Assembly: GCA_023213395.1 (NCBI GenBank)
Contig: CM041465.1
Location: forward strand, 95,921,741 to 95,985,740
Length of the DNA: 64,000 nt
Reading direction: 5' to 3'
DNA from: Cycas panzhihuaensis
Taxonomy: Eukaryota > Plantae > Cycadophyta
Shown here: piece after piece, positions 26,201 to 40,714 of the stretch
Layout: every line of letters starts with the position of its first letter
Numbering within the stretch: the stretch's first letter is position 1
Position numbers and translations under genes: made by a program
Notes under the pieces: model-generated
The model's input: the letters and a program-made list of their open reading frames with translations, nothing else
Told to the model about the DNA's origin: nothing
The model's database searches: none

Positions 26201-29200
26201 GATAAAATTAACATTCAATGTATTATTATTGATGGAGGATTATTAGTGAATGTAATCCCTGTCTACCTCATAGAGGATTTAGAGATTGTTATTTATAAAT
26301 ATTATGAGTGGATTTATTAGGGATATGATAAGAACCAAAAACTACCATTAGGGCAAGTCACTTCCCCCCTCACCTTATAAGGGAAAATAGTTATTGTTAA
26401 TCTCACCATCATAGACCTTGACTTGGAATACATTATCTTATTAGGGAGCCCTTAGATCAACTAGATGTCTACAATTTATTCTTCACTCATTGATGAGCTC
26501 AAATTCATTCATGAGGAAGAGATGAAGGTCATTAAGTGAAAGAATAAACCTATCAAATAATTTGTTCCACTCATAAAAACTATTATAGAGGAAAGAGAGC
26601 CTTCCAACTCTTTTAAGTATTTCCTCCAATGTTTGGGTATTGGGAAGTACTTTGCCACTGAGTCCCTTCTAATACCCAAGAAGAAGTATCAACATGATTA
26701 ATACCAACATGAGTATCAACATGATTAATACCACTCCCTCATGGGAAAACTCCCCTTTGAGGCAATCTTGCATGGAAATATTTTACAACACATTGGAACC
26801 TTTTCCTGTATGCACTTATATCTCTTTAATATAGTCCTCACCCCTTTATCCTAGGAGATATCTAATGAATCCTAATTAGATTATACAAGACATGATGCAT
26901 CAAACCTCCTCTTCTTTATATCATATTAATGATAATGATGTCATGCTTTAGGATAGTTTAATTTTAGGTACATCCTTTACTTACACCATGTAAAAGATGC
27001 CCTAGTAATTGTTACACATGTTCCTTATCCTTCTCAATAAGTATATTCCTCTTAGGCCACTACTTCCTCTTCTAATGAGGCATCATGAATATGCTCTTCA
27101 TATAGATTGGTTTAATCATCATAGTAAGAAACTCCTTATACATTGACATATAAACCTCTTACCTATAGAAGATGAGATGTCCTCTTTGGATAGTGCCCCC
27201 AAAATGAATCTAACATAAAGAAGGGAAATTAGAGAAACTAACATGATCACTACTATCTCTTCCCCAACTAAGGTGGTTATTGAGAATGATGCCATGCCTT
27301 CTCTCATTCACATATCTCATCCTCCAAACATCCCTCAAGCCAATGAGTCTAACTTTTATTGGAGTGGCGCAATCAAATTGGGAGTTACTAAATTGTGTTG
27401 ATCCCTCATCCCTTATCCTAATAATTATATGTATGCTTCTAGACGAAGATCATGCCATCCTTTTAGAGATAGCTCTGCCAAATCTGCCTCATCATCCTCC
27501 TTCTTAACTTGAAGGTTCTATCCTTAGAGACCTTCTTTATCTTGGTCACTTTGATAATGATGAATTAATTATAGAATATTTGGGTGAAGCCATGCCTAAC
27601 CTTCTATCCAACCACCACAGGCTTAACTTTACTAAAGACCAACACCCACGGTTAGCTCAAATTAGCCCTTATAAGACTCTCCATCTTTCATGAGTCTTGC
27701 ACCTCTCCACTTTGAGGAAGGAAATGCCATACTTATTGGTGAGATAATGGCCATATATTTGAAAATCGATGATACTCCAAAAATCATCAAGGTTGGAGTA
27801 GTTTGCTTGCAAGAAGAAGTTAAGAAAATTAAGAAGCCTTTTTTAGAGTTCACATTAGTTTTTACTTAGAACTCTAGTGACATGCATGGTCTTCACCTTG
27901 ATGTCATAGTCCATAATATCACTATAATCCTAAGAGGCAAAAGTAAAGACCTATTTACCCTCACTTATCTACAATCCTTAATTAAGAAGTTGAGAAACTA
28001 TTAAAATTAGGCATTATCAAAAGCATTGAGTACTTGTAATAGGTGTCAAATATTATTGTTGTTTCTAATAAAAATAGATCAATTAAGGCATACATTAATT
28101 TTTGTAATATTAACAATGCTTATCTAAAGGACAATCCCCCCCCCCCCCCCATTCCTTGATCAAATTTGAGATCAGATAAATAATTTCAAGGTCATGTCCC
28201 TCATGGATGACTTCTTAGGATATAATTAAATTATTATCTCACCTAAGGACCATTATAATATAATTTTCAAAACTCTATAAAGGACATTTACCTATAAGGC
28301 CATGTCATTTGACTTGAAAAATCTTAGAGCCACCTACCAACAAGTAATGGTTTTCATATTCCATGACTAAATTAGAGTTATAATAGTTGTCTATCTAAAT
28401 GACATGTTCACCCTATCTTGTTATAGGAAAGATCACATTCAAGACTTGAGAATAATTTTTAAGCAATATAGCGAGTATCATTTATGTATTAATCCAAGAA
28501 AATGTGTCTTTGCCATTGCTTCAAGTAAGATGTTCAGAAATATAGTTTCTCAAGATAGTATTAGAGTAGACCCTAGAAAGGTAAGGGCTATTATTAAAAT
28601 TTCACCCCTATAGAATGAAAATTAGGTAAAAGCTTTTCTCAGTAAGTTAGGTTTCCTATGAAGGTTCATTATAGATTTTGCATTGAACACCAAGCCTCTT
28701 ACTAATCTTCTCAAGAAAGATGCTTCTCTAAAATGGACCATGCCTATGCAAGAATCTTTTGATAGATTAAAGTAAGACCTAATTTTGGCTCTCATTCTTA
28801 TTTCTTCAATCTTTGTCAATCCTTTTATCTTGTGTACATCTTCCATCGAAGAATCCCTTATAGGCATGCTTTCCCAAGAGGATGAATTCGGTAAAGAGTG
28901 AACTATCTATTTCATAAGCAGAACTCTCATTACTATCGAACTTAACTACTCTACTTTAGAGAAATAATGCTTGTCCTTAGACTTTACCACTAATAAGTTA
29001 TTCTTTTATCTCCTTGGAAACACTATCTTTGTAATTATCTAATCTAAACCTATTTACTTCTTTCTCACCAAGAGTGATCTTATAAAGTGAGTGAGTAAGT
29101 GGGTACTTCTCTTGCAAGAGTTTGACCTTCAAATTATTAGTTGTAAATATAAAAAGGACATGGTAATTAGTAAAATAATGGATAAAGCACCATTACCTAA

Positions 29201-30499
29201 CCCTACCAACCTAATTATCAATTACAAGATCCTTGATGATCATATCTTTCAAGTAGATATTGTTCCTTTAGAAGAGAGTTGGTATAAAGAGATCAAATCT
29301 TACCTCATGGACTAAACCTTTTCTCCTTACATCTCCTCTAAAAAGAGGAAATTAATTAGAGCTATTACTCATCAATATATACTCCTTGAAGATGTCCTTT
29401 ATAAGAATAATTTCAATGAGGTTTTGTTAAGATATATTTCATCTTTTAAGGCTCAAACTGCCCTAACAGAGTGCCATGATGGCATATGTAGAGGCCACTT
29501 TGGTAGCTAGTCTACAATTCATATATCCTTTGAATGGGATACTATTAGATGACTCTATTTAAGGATTCCTATGTATATGTTCAAAAATATAAAAAGTATC
29601 AAGAATATGCTATACTAATACACCAACCTACTTAGTCTCTCAAGTCTATCATATCTCCATGGCCTTTTCTCCAATAGGGGCTTGACCTCATTAGTCAAAT
29701 TACCCCCCATCCTTGAGTGACCATAAATTCATTTTGATTACTATAGAGTACTTTACTAAGTATAGTAAGCTTGTACCATTGGGTTCTATAACTAAAAAGA
29801 TCATTACAATATTCATCTTCCAACATATCATCTATAGATATAGAGTTTATGATGTTATTATCATTGATAATGGAACTTACTTTTGTAACTCACAAGTAGC
29901 TAGACTATGCGAGAAATTCCATATTATCAATCACTTGTCATTGCCTTACCACGCTCAAGCCAAAGACTAAGTCAAGACCTTTAATAAAACCTTATCTAAG
30001 ATCTTAGTCAAAATTATGGCTATTACTCACTAAGACTAGCATATTTAACTCTTTCTAATATTATAGGCATATCAAACCTCTACTAGGAATGTAATTAACA
30101 TGATACCATTCTCTCTGATCTATGGCTCTAAATTTATTGTACCCTTCAAAGTAGAAATCCTATCTTTGCGTGTCTCCCTAACAAAGGGAGGTATAATTAT
30201 TATAATTAGAGAAAATAGATGAAACATTCTTGATTACCTCTTAAAATTATTTGGATTCTAAAAATAGAGCTCAAGCATCCCATGATAAGTAGTTAAGTCC
30301 TCATAAACTCTACATTAATGATAAGGTGCTCAAGCTTGAATACTTCCGTGACAAATAACAAAAATTTGCTCCTAAGTGGACAAGACCTTACTTGGTCATT
30401 GAAGATTTTAAGAATGGTACATAATATATTTCTACCCTTGATGGTCTTGAGCTTTATAATATTGTTAATTCATAATTATTACAAAAGTTCTATGTTTAA
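23270..30499 (+). pseudogene. Tat gag-pol pseudogene (Pro-rich N-terminus, gag, PR, RT, RH, INT)
   Basis: gag ..MSLFPKLL*GDTLK*FY.. (~24900), protease IIIDGGLLVNVIP (26230), RT ..SLMDDFLGYN..MSFDLKNLRATYQQ..INPRKCVF (28200-28610), RH ..SKWVLLLQEFD (29091), integrase ..IIIDNGTYF.. (29713-29970), C-terminal KFAPKWTRPY (~30360-30390). Confidence 0.9.
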
Positions 30500-31829
30500 A
30501 AAGAGAGCATGCATACCTTCTACAATGAGGATAAAACTATGACTCTGAGAGGCTCACTTTCTAATGATTTTAAACTATGGTTGGTTAGCTTACTCCTCTT
30601 CTAAGCCATTACTTCAACATAAATATAAAACCCTCTTTCACCATTTCACCTCCTTAATTGAGCTTTATGTCTTCTTATGTGAAAATATGACTCCTAACAG
30701 CCATGTAAGACTACTATCTAGCCATGGGGCATAGGCATTATTTATTGAGCATACATATATGCATCTCATTTGGCTCAATTAAAGTAGTTTTATCTTATTC
30801 TAGTCTCTTACTCTTCCCTACTAAGTTTCATACTTAAGAGAGAAGGGGGATCCCTAACTTTGTTTACCAACATGGTAAGTAGATATAAGTTTATATGGCT
30901 AGCTTCCTTGACTATGTAAGGTACCTAACTTTCTAGTCCTTTATCAATGACCTTTGATATTGATCTATCTCCTTCTCTTGCAACCTTATAACTTTCCTTG
31001 TAAATCTATAAATATTTTCTCTCACTTATTCAATCACTTATTCTTCCATGCTATGATGGTTTCCAATATGTCCTATTTGCCTTCTTAAATCTTGTTGCTT
31101 ATTTTGCCACTATCCTTTGTTACTTAGAGATATTCAAATTTAGAGATCCTTTAAGCTCTCATAGTTTAGCCTCTAAGGATTTGGTTCTTGTCTTCTCATT
31201 TCCTTGGTCTCATTAAAAAGGTTGCATTTATATTAGTTTGATAAGTATCTATGTTTTATGGGGTAGGTTAATTATCAAGCACCCCTAAGTCTAGTCATCC
31301 CTTCCTTTCATTGTATCTCGATGAAAATCATATGATAATCATAGTCAAAATGATAATTGCTTATCATCCAAAAAGTAAGTAGAATGATTCTTAGTTCACC
31401 ATGACCTTTGCTTGAAATATTATATGGTGTGACTTAAGATAATAGTGAAGCAAAAATAAGAAATAAAAAGAGAGAGAAGGATAGATAGACAAATAGAGAG
31501 TGAAGAGAGAAGAAGTCCTTATATATGTTTATATCTTCTTAGCATCTAGAGTAAGTTACTTGATGACTTTGTCTCTACCTATAATAATATAGTTTAGGTC
31601 CATTTTGGTGTGCCTTTTAGGACCTTTAAATCTAGTTACTTGGGCCTATGGTAGCCTCAATTATGATTGAAACTTATTTGGCATCTAATAGCCTTTACCC
31701 TTGTTTATATTTAGGAGGTGCTCTCACACTGAGAAAACTACATCACAATCTTATCTCCTTCTTATATTATAGTTGAAACCAAGTCTCTTATATAGAACTA
31801 TATCCTTGTAGGTTGATTCCCATGACATC

Positions 31830-32276
31830 CCTACATCTATCATTTTGTCTCTAAGTTTGTTCCCTCTTTATCATGGCATTGATCACACATACTAATAGAG
31901 ATAGTTGAGGTAACCTAGGGCCATCTGCTTTATATGGATTATTTATGACCAAATGGGTAACATATTAACTTTTGTCAGCATTTTCCTACCTCAAGCAACT
32001 AATAATGAAGCTAAATATATTGCTATTATAGGAGCCTTAAGTCATATATTACAATTATATAATAGGCCTATTAATATTTTCTCTGATTACTAAATTATAG
32101 TCTTTTAATTAGTCGGTGTCTATCATATTCATTCATCCCACTTATGGTCCTTTCATGCTCATGCTATATCATTATTGTCTTATTTTCCATATATTATAAC
32201 ACAACATATTCTACGTAGTTAAAATGCTAAAGTTAACTCTCTAGTGTCTTATATTCTAGAACACCATCACTCCTAG
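31830..32276 (+). pseudogene. stand-alone additional (archaeal-like) RNase HI, aRH
   Basis: HTNRDS*GNLGPSA..FLPQATNNEAKYIAIIGAL..INIFSDY*II..QHILRS*NAKVNSL; homologous to 60831-61317. Confidence 0.88.
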
Positions 32277-32303
32277 CCTCATCATGATTAGTTGGTGGTA
32301 AAA

Positions 32304-32610
32304 CTTTGTAATGAGTGTAAACTAACTAAACACTCTATAATGAGTATAAACTAACTAAACACTTTATAATAAGTATAAATTAATTGAAAACTCTATAATA
32401 AATATAAATTAACTAAATACTCTATGATGAGTATAAACTATATAAATACTCTATGATGAGTATAAACTAAATAAATAATCTGTAATGAGTATAAACTATC
32501 TGAATACTCTATAATAAGTATAAACTAATTGAATACTTGTAATGAGCACAAACTAGCTAAACACTCTGTGATGAGTATAAACTAACTCAATACTCCATCA
32601 TGAGTGTAAA
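32304..32610 (+). repeat. tandem array of ~29-bp units (aatgagtataaactaactaaacactctat), about 10 copies
   Basis: Directly visible contiguous repeats with no unique spacers. Confidence 0.95.
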
Positions 32611-32799
32611 TAAATATATTAAAAAATAATAATAATAAAAACATTCAAAACCAAAAAGCATACATACATCTAAGTGTGTATTTATTCACCATAGGGGAAT
32701 AAGGGGGAGAAAGGTTAGAAACAATCATGTTTTACACATTTATAGAGAAAATAATAATGATATTATATATATACAACTATCCAAACTCCTATGATACAT

Positions 32800-34560
32800 A
32801 TACCACAGGTGCAATATCATGGTCCTATAACTTCCATGGATGTGTACAAATGCTCATACGTGAGCTCCCATTATCATAATCCTCTCCTTTTAAGCCTCTT
32901 CCCTCTTAAGCCTATCCTCTTATACCAAGAATCATGCCAATCATAGTCACTAAGATCTACCCTATCCTCCCTCTAAGTGATGAGATTAAGTATGAGACAT
33001 CTCCCTCCTATGAGATCCATGCTTGGTCTATTAGATGCTCTAACTAATAGAAGAAGTAGCATGCCCACCTACCTAAAGTATGGTCATCCTATAAAGTGTT
33101 ATCTCTCATCCTCTACAACCTTCAATTATACCTTTAGACCCTTCATCTTCACCTCTTATACTACTAACCATACATCTAGCTCTAATAGCAGGTGTAAGTC
33201 ACTAAGTATGAGGAACCAATAGCTTAAGATCTCCCTCCTACTAAACTAGAGGCTTGTCTAGGTTATATAAAAATGGTAGTAGGCCATTAGGAGTCCTTCT
33301 TACTACTAAAACCCTAATCATCTCCTCATATGTAATATAAAACATGCATTAATTAATCACCTTTTAAATATTTTTGAATAATTAAAATTAAAAAATCATT
33401 AAAGAAGTGTATAAATATAAACCAAGTATGGAAGGTGGTGCCATTACATTAACTCATGGCTTAGGAACCTCTATTGCTCCTTACTATCCTACTACTACCT
33501 TTGGACCTCCCTCTTCTTCCACCTTCATGTTGTCACTAGTGAGGGTAGCCCTTATTACCACTACTAGCATCTCTACATATCCACCAGCTTACTCTCCAAC
33601 CCCTCCACCATTATCCCCTGCCTAATCTAGAGGAATCACTCCTTATACTAGTAGGGCATCACCTACTACTCCACTTACTCCTTATCCACCCTATGCTACT
33701 CTACCACTTACCACCCCTACTCCTCTACCTCCACGTGGAGGTGGGGGGCTCCTTATTATAACTCTCTCAACTATGTTGGCCTTATCATTTCACCATGCTA
33801 TCATCCCATCATATGGATGAGAAACTAATTGGTTCCTTATCATTCTACTAATATAAAGACTATGTGTGTTCCTCACCATTACCTCCTACTTATCATACAT
33901 ATATGATTGCATATGCCACTAGTTTATTACTATGTCTATGATACTAAATCCTCTTAGCTGCTTGGATGGTCTCATGAAGGGAAAATATTCATAGATCTAG
34001 TACATCAAAATAGAGTTATAGGAGAACCCCCTACGTCTCTACTAGTGAATATGGTTTAGCTACTAAGTCATGTTATTAATGATGAAACTCCCCTAATCCA
34101 TCTTAGTACCTACCTCATATTAATATCACCCACTGAGTTGATACCGCCCTGAAGTTTTGAATCTTAGCAACCTAAAATATAATGATGTAGGCTAGCACCT
34201 TTTGAAGTGCTAGTATCCTATTTGCCTTCCTCATTACTCCTAATAAGATCCCATGTACCCCAAAATATCCAATTTCTATAGTCATATATGTGATACAACC
34301 TTGTTAAGCCTCCTCCTCTATTACTCAGCTTAATCAAATCTCTACACCCTATCAACTCACACCTATGGTCCTCTTAACATCCCTTACAATGATACTAATG
34401 TCCCCTATCCATCATACCCTAAATATTCTTTCTTTAGGGACCCATAAACTAACAAAATCTTCAACAAGCTCATACTCTACAACTAATTGAATGAAGTGGC
34501 TATCCCTAGCCAATCCATACTATCTCAATAGCTACCACTCATTAGTTGTAAATGCTCCTA
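32800..34560 (-). pseudogene. antisense accessory gene with a plant mobile domain (PMD)-like N-terminus, decayed
   Basis: Translation ELVEDFVSLWVPKERIFRV*WIGDISIIVRDVKRTIGVS (~34350-34470). Low-complexity middle, AT-rich intron-like gap at ~33330-33420. Same architecture as 57800-59697. Confidence 0.65.
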
Positions 34561-35781
34561 GAAAGGGCTCTATGGCCCATCCCTTATTCTCATGTGTATA
34601 AATTTTCTTAATTAACTACCAAATATAAGTCACAACTCATAATTAGTCTAAAAAACTAGTAAAATATTAGGTCATACAAACCATCATTTTTTATTTTCTT
34701 TAGCTTAGACCAAAAATGTAAATACATAGTCAAAAATATGATAATATAGTTAGAAACATGAAAAGCTAGTTAAAAACATGATAATCCAACCAAAAATATA
34801 ATTTCACAAATTGATTATTCATGTTCTTGCATTTTTTACTAGTAATTTATATTTTCAATGGGAAGCTCATGTTTTTGGAAAATCTTGACATGTTTTTTAA
34901 TAATAAATTCAAAAAAATAAAATATTTTTAAGGAAAGACCTACCAAATATTATACTCCTTGATGCATCCTTATTCTCTGATCCTAATGGTGTCATCTAAC
35001 TATCAAAATAGTTGTCCAGATCCATTTAATCGTGATCTTAGTGATGAAAAAAGGCTATAAACCTTAACACTCATATGTGAAAATGAGTTATAATGGAGTT
35101 TTCTATTTTCTTATAAAGTACCCCTCCCCCCAATAATAACTAGGTCCCCCACAACCTTAGTTTTCTAATGTTTTTCACCATATATGTAGTCTACTTTATA
35201 TACTCTATCTTCCCATTAATTTATTAGTTACATTTTGAAGTGCCTTCTTCAATTTTTATGCCCCTATTAATAGGGAAATTATGTTGATATGGATCCTAAA
35301 TCAAGCCCAAAGATGGACTTCACCTAACCTATCCATGTTTATATTCTATTAAGTCTATTTCTTACCCACATTACAAATTTCAAATCCTTTTTGGCCCTTG
35401 GGCCTCTCCTAATTTTATGTACCTCTGAATCACTCTTAACAAGATTAAACTATGGTAACCACACCTTTGGGAATAGTTGCTAAAGAGGCTAAACTATGAC
35501 AACTACCACTCTAAAAATTCCCATAATGAGATAAAACTATAATGGGCAATTTGGTAGCTATTTAAGGGTTTTCGCAAACCATTTGTATTTCATTCTAATG
35601 GAACTCTCCTCACTACTTTTGTATACTAACAACTCGTTATCTAATCTAGCATTACTTACAACTTAGAAGATAAACTTAAGACACTAAAATTTAAACCATA
35701 TATAGGACTAACAACCAAGTTTCCACCATTTACCATCTTGCTCTCTACCATTAATAAGAGCTTGTAATACTAAGGGGTAAA

Positions 35782-38700
35782 TATTTCACCATGATTAGTC
35801 CCTTTTAGTGTGGTTAGGTTCTTGTCTTGATTTTTTTACATAAGCTACTTACTAGTTAAGATTTACACCCATTCAATGAAAATCACGTGGTTGATATTTT
35901 TAGTTATCAATTCTACATTGGGTTAGTTGTTTGATAGAGAAAGCTTTAACAAGATATTTAAAACATCTATCATTTTGTTCTATTTATTAAATTTGAAGAA
36001 TTGTTAATTAGATGATTATTGTATATGTGTGATTGTGGTGATCATTTTTAGTTGATGATTGATCCTACAACACATTTTTATGATCTTATCCAACATGGTT
36101 TGGAAAACTACTTTAAGTCTTGCCTATTTGCTCTTTTTCCTAAATATTGTATGGCTCACATATAATTTTATCTTATTTTTACTACTATTTAACAAATTTT
36201 CTTCTTCATTTAGCTCTCATTCAAGTCATCATTGCTTTTAGAAGACCCAACAAACTCATTCTATAAATTTTTATTTTAGTTTTCTATCTGTTTTGGACCT
36301 TTTGGACTATTACATTTTTTTTGTTTCCAAGAATATAATAGTACATATAAAATGTAACAAACTCTTACATTTTATGTTTCTTTGTACCCTTGCATTTTAT
36401 TTGTACTCTCATATTTTTAGTTCACTATTATGGTTTTTTACTATTATACCCATAACATTAGAAATAAAACATAGAAATCTCACCAATTTTGAATTGATTC
36501 TAGCCTAGATTTGTAAGCTAGTGATGCCTCACCTACCTTAGTATAATTTTGCTAATTGTACCTTCCTCCATGAAAGATTTTATTAAGAAAATTTAGTAAA
36601 ACTATAGGTAGAAACCATGGTTTTGGCCTTAATCCTCCCCTCTTTCCTTTTCTATAAATACTTGTTTATTTTTTTAGCATTGAGGAGGGGTGTGGTCTTT
36701 TGTGTAACAAAGTGCTATAAAAATTTTTCTATCATCTCCTTTTAGTGGTTTTCTTTCGATTTAAGTAGATTTAGAGCATTCTTTTGGTAATTTCTGAAGC
36801 TTGTTAGAAAATTTGGGAGTACATCTTTTACCCAATTACTTCTTTGTTCTTAATCTTATCTCTCCATCCACCTAATGGACCTTGTTCTCTTAGTGTTCCA
36901 CTAGTGTTTGGTATAATTTTCTCTTTTATAACACCAACTATTATCAATTCTCTTACTTTCAAGGTACTTGGAGCATTTTCATAGCATAATGGATGAAGAG
37001 ATGTAGTTGATCTAAGACTCACTCTATATATTCTTCATCAAGCTTAAAATATCTTTTTTATAGTTAGATGCTTATTCTATTACCTAGAGTAATTTCTTTT
37101 ACTTAACAAAAAAACAAAAGAGTAAAAAAAAAGGAAGAAGATTTCATTATAATTTATTAACATTTTCTTTAAAAGTTTATCTTTTCATTAAAAGAAATAA
37201 TTTATGAATCGAACTAGTTTTGATCTCCATATCATTCCTTACTATTTAAGTATAGAAAATGGATCAATTTATGGGATTCAACTAGGTTTAATCCACATAT
37301 TGATTATCATAATATTAAATAACTCATTTCCCTTATTACTCCTTTTTATAATCTATTTAAAGATTGGTCCCAAAAAGTGTTATTACATTACACTAAGTCT
37401 CTGTAGAAAGGTGAATGGTAAAAAGGGTGTTTCAATGGAGTGGACATACTCTCTTCCATAGAGTTTTAAGTCACTCATAGTCATCATTTACAATTAAAAT
37501 TTTCTAGGTGCAACAAAAATGCTACCAAATTTTTGATACATCTTTCTAAATTATACATAAGAGTTTCAATTCATTGATTTAAATATTCAATATTATAAGT
37601 AGTTTGGTTGGTTGGATTTGTTTTGAAATGGTTGCAACTAAATAAAGAGGAAATTATTACTTAGTAGTATTGCTAAAAGATACAAAACTCATCCTTACCG
37701 TTTATAACTATTTTACTATCTTTAAAACCACATAAATGAAAACAAGAAAATGAATGAATTCTTGCTTATATTATTGATTAAAGTGATTGAATGCATCATT
37801 GGTTAAAGTGTGTTATCATTGTTTGTATGAAAGAAAAGAAATGATGGGGAGTGAATTCATTATTTGGGTCAATGTTGCAATTTTATTTTTTATTCTTTGT
37901 TACATTTCTTTACAATCTAGTAAGTAAATCACAAAAATATTATAAAGAAAGTGAAAGAATTATAACTTGGATAAATATAAGTATAATTAAAGAACTTAAA
38001 GTCCCTTTCTCTTATGTGCTAAGCTAATTTATATGATATATTAAAACCAAAAAAGAAAAACATCCATACATGGTTTAATTAGCATATTATATAAATGAGT
38101 GTTGTATACATTCAATCTAAAGTTACATCTTAGATTTTCACTTAAGTTGGGATTTCTCTTGCTTGGTCCCCCCTAGATTAGGTATTTCCCTCTGCATAAG
38201 ACTTGTTTAAACACTCAAGACTTTCCATCCCTAGTATACAAGCTTGTCTTCTCCTAGGGATAGATACTTCCCATTGCTAAGGGTATTTTAATCAACCAGA
38301 ACTTAACATCTTCAATATATAGACTACCTTTTCCTTAGGATTATTTCTTTCTTACTATATTTTGAATGCTAAAGGTGATGGATTACCATTATCTTTTAGG
38401 TTGAGAGTGACTTTCTCTTTTTTACTTTCACCTCTAAGTGCAAAAACCCTTTAGAATCAAACGGAGCAATCCATGAGCCATCCATACTCATAGATGGATT
38501 ATCATCATGTGAGGGAGTCCCCAGAGACTGACTCTTGATAGGGTCATTAATCAAGAGTTTGTGCTCTCATAGGTCCTCACAGTTATTAGTCCTCTTGATC
38601 TCTAACTAGTGTGATTTGGGTGGTTATAAAAATCTAGTTTAGAATTTTATCTATAAGAGGACTTTGGGGCAAAAAAATAGGAGACCTAGGATATATACTT

Positions 38701-39017
38701 TGGAGTAAAGACCCCCAATGATATTTTCATCTATTGAAAAGTTATTTGTGACCTCCCTAAAGTTAAGGGGACTTTTGATTTACTTATTTGATGACTTTGA
38801 GTGTTTTTATTTATTGGATTTCATTTAATTATATTATGCATGTATAAAGTATATTAATTAGAAATTTAGCTTAATTTACCCATTCTCACTCAACACACAA
38901 GCAAAGAGATACCCTTCTTCTTTAAAAGGGTTGGATGAAGGTCCACTTTATGACATATCACCTTTGCTCCCTTTCACTTAGTACCAAATAGATGATTTAC
39001 CCCAAGATATAAAACCA
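35782..39017 (+). repeat. 3' LTR of the Tat element
   Basis: Follows the PPT; ends aaaacca plus TSD TTATT. Confidence 0.93.
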
Positions 39018-40042
39018 TTATTTAAATAATATTTTATTGTCATTGCTATAGGATTTCCCTACTAGAATTATTTTGATGATGTTTCATTATTATTCTTATA
39101 GTGTTCCTCTATTAGAACCACTATAATAACATTCCAATTCCATTCCTATGATGTTTCCCTATGATTACTATATGAAAATATCTTAGTAATATTCTAGCAA
39201 TGTTCGCTTATTAGTTTCATCCTAAATTAGATTTAATGGTATTCCATGAATGTTTCTATGACATTACCATTTCATAATAGTGTAAATGACATTACACTTG
39301 TCAATAACATTCCCTTAATCATGTTCCCTTAATTTTGTTGAAACAAATGTAGGAAATTAGCATAAAATCACTTAAGATTAGCTAGAAATTTCATACAAGT
39401 ATGCATGATTATTAGATAATACTAATCTTTAACCACCTAAAACCCTTTTACCTGAAACTATAAATACCTTTAGATTCATTTAAGAAAGGGATGGAAATGT
39501 AATATGTAGATTATAGTTAAATATTACATAGACAAAAAGAGAGAAATAGATACGAGAGGTATTGAAATATCCTCTAAGCATTCTTAATCCCCTCATATTA
39601 TTAGACACTTAATCAAGAATAAGGATTGGTACTACGATGAAGTTTTGAGAGAGGGACAAGTCTTCATACCTAATTCCATGTTTTGGGCCACTTCCTTTTA
39701 TTTGTAATAGAATTATAAATGTTTAACAAGAGTTAATTTAATCTATAAGGGAGCTATAATAAGAGAAAATTAGATATGTCCTTTCTTTTCTCATATTTAA
39801 TTTGTACTAACACTTTCCCTTTTTTTTATGAAATTTAGTCATATTAGATATATCTACTCTACTTTCTAATGCAATTTAGAGTTTCTCAAGGGCCCATGGG
39901 AGAAATAAGGGTAGTCACTAACTTTTTCTCCTCCCACTCTTTCACTCTTCTATCTTGATTAACATGTTTTTGCTTAAATATTCCCACCATCCCCAAGTAC
40001 ATAATTTACATTCTTTCATTTCTAATAGGATCATCACATCAC

Positions 40043-40166
<124 letters not shown>

Positions 40167-40714
40167 GTTATTCAATGGCTCTTATAAGTTTGTGGTCTTA
40201 TTTTACCTTGACTAGGATTCTTTAACATCCTAAAGTATAAGCTCTTGAGTTTGAGTTACCTACATCTATAAGTTCAAGCCACTTTATTATCTCAAGACTA
40301 TTGCTTTAAATTTAGAAATCCTAAAAAAAACACAATGGTCACCCTGGAGTATTTTGTGGGTCCCTCAAATGATGACTATGCATAACAAAAATTAAGAAGA
40401 TCTTCTTATAGTTTTTATGAGTGTCTAATTTAAATCATCTACTTAACTCTTAAGGTGTTCCTCTTTTTATTATTTTCATCCACATCCTTGGCCCTCTCTT
40501 TTCCATACAATCAAAGGAGTTATCAATTTTAGATAATCTTATTATTTGCTTCTATTGATATTTAATGTTTATTATGACTTATAACTTTGGATTATAAGGC
40601 TTCCCCTTAGTTTTGTATTATAGTTATTATTTTCTTATTGTTATGGGAGTTTGTAAGTCATCACAGGTTACACTACCTAACTCATATGTGTTGATCTTTA
40701 GGGATTAATATTCT

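Larger units (their letters stand above)
19985..39017 (+). mobile_element. full-length Ty3/gypsy Tat-type element with 3.2-kb LTRs, downstream aRH and antisense PMD gene; degenerate
   Basis: LTRs at 19985-23182 and 35782-39017 (about 80-83% identical in a sampled stretch). TSD TTATT at 19980-19984 and 39018-39022. Decayed PBS at ~23185-23203, PPT taaggggtaaa at 35771-35781. gag-PR-RT-RH-INT motifs present. Confidence 0.94.

Noticed and set aside
28136-28150. Poly-C run inside RT as a programmed frameshift
   Set aside because: It lies within a conserved RT motif of a dead copy; more likely homopolymer expansion or sequencing error.
32304-32610. CRISPR-like array of ~29-bp repeats
   Set aside because: Units are contiguous with no unique spacers, there are no cas genes and the context is eukaryotic. 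It is a retrotransposon 3'-region tandem repeat.
39023-39750. Possible older LTR (starting tgataaaccc at ~19886, interrupted by the Tat element, TATA at ~39458)
   Set aside because: No partner LTR, PBS or clear 3' end could be established.
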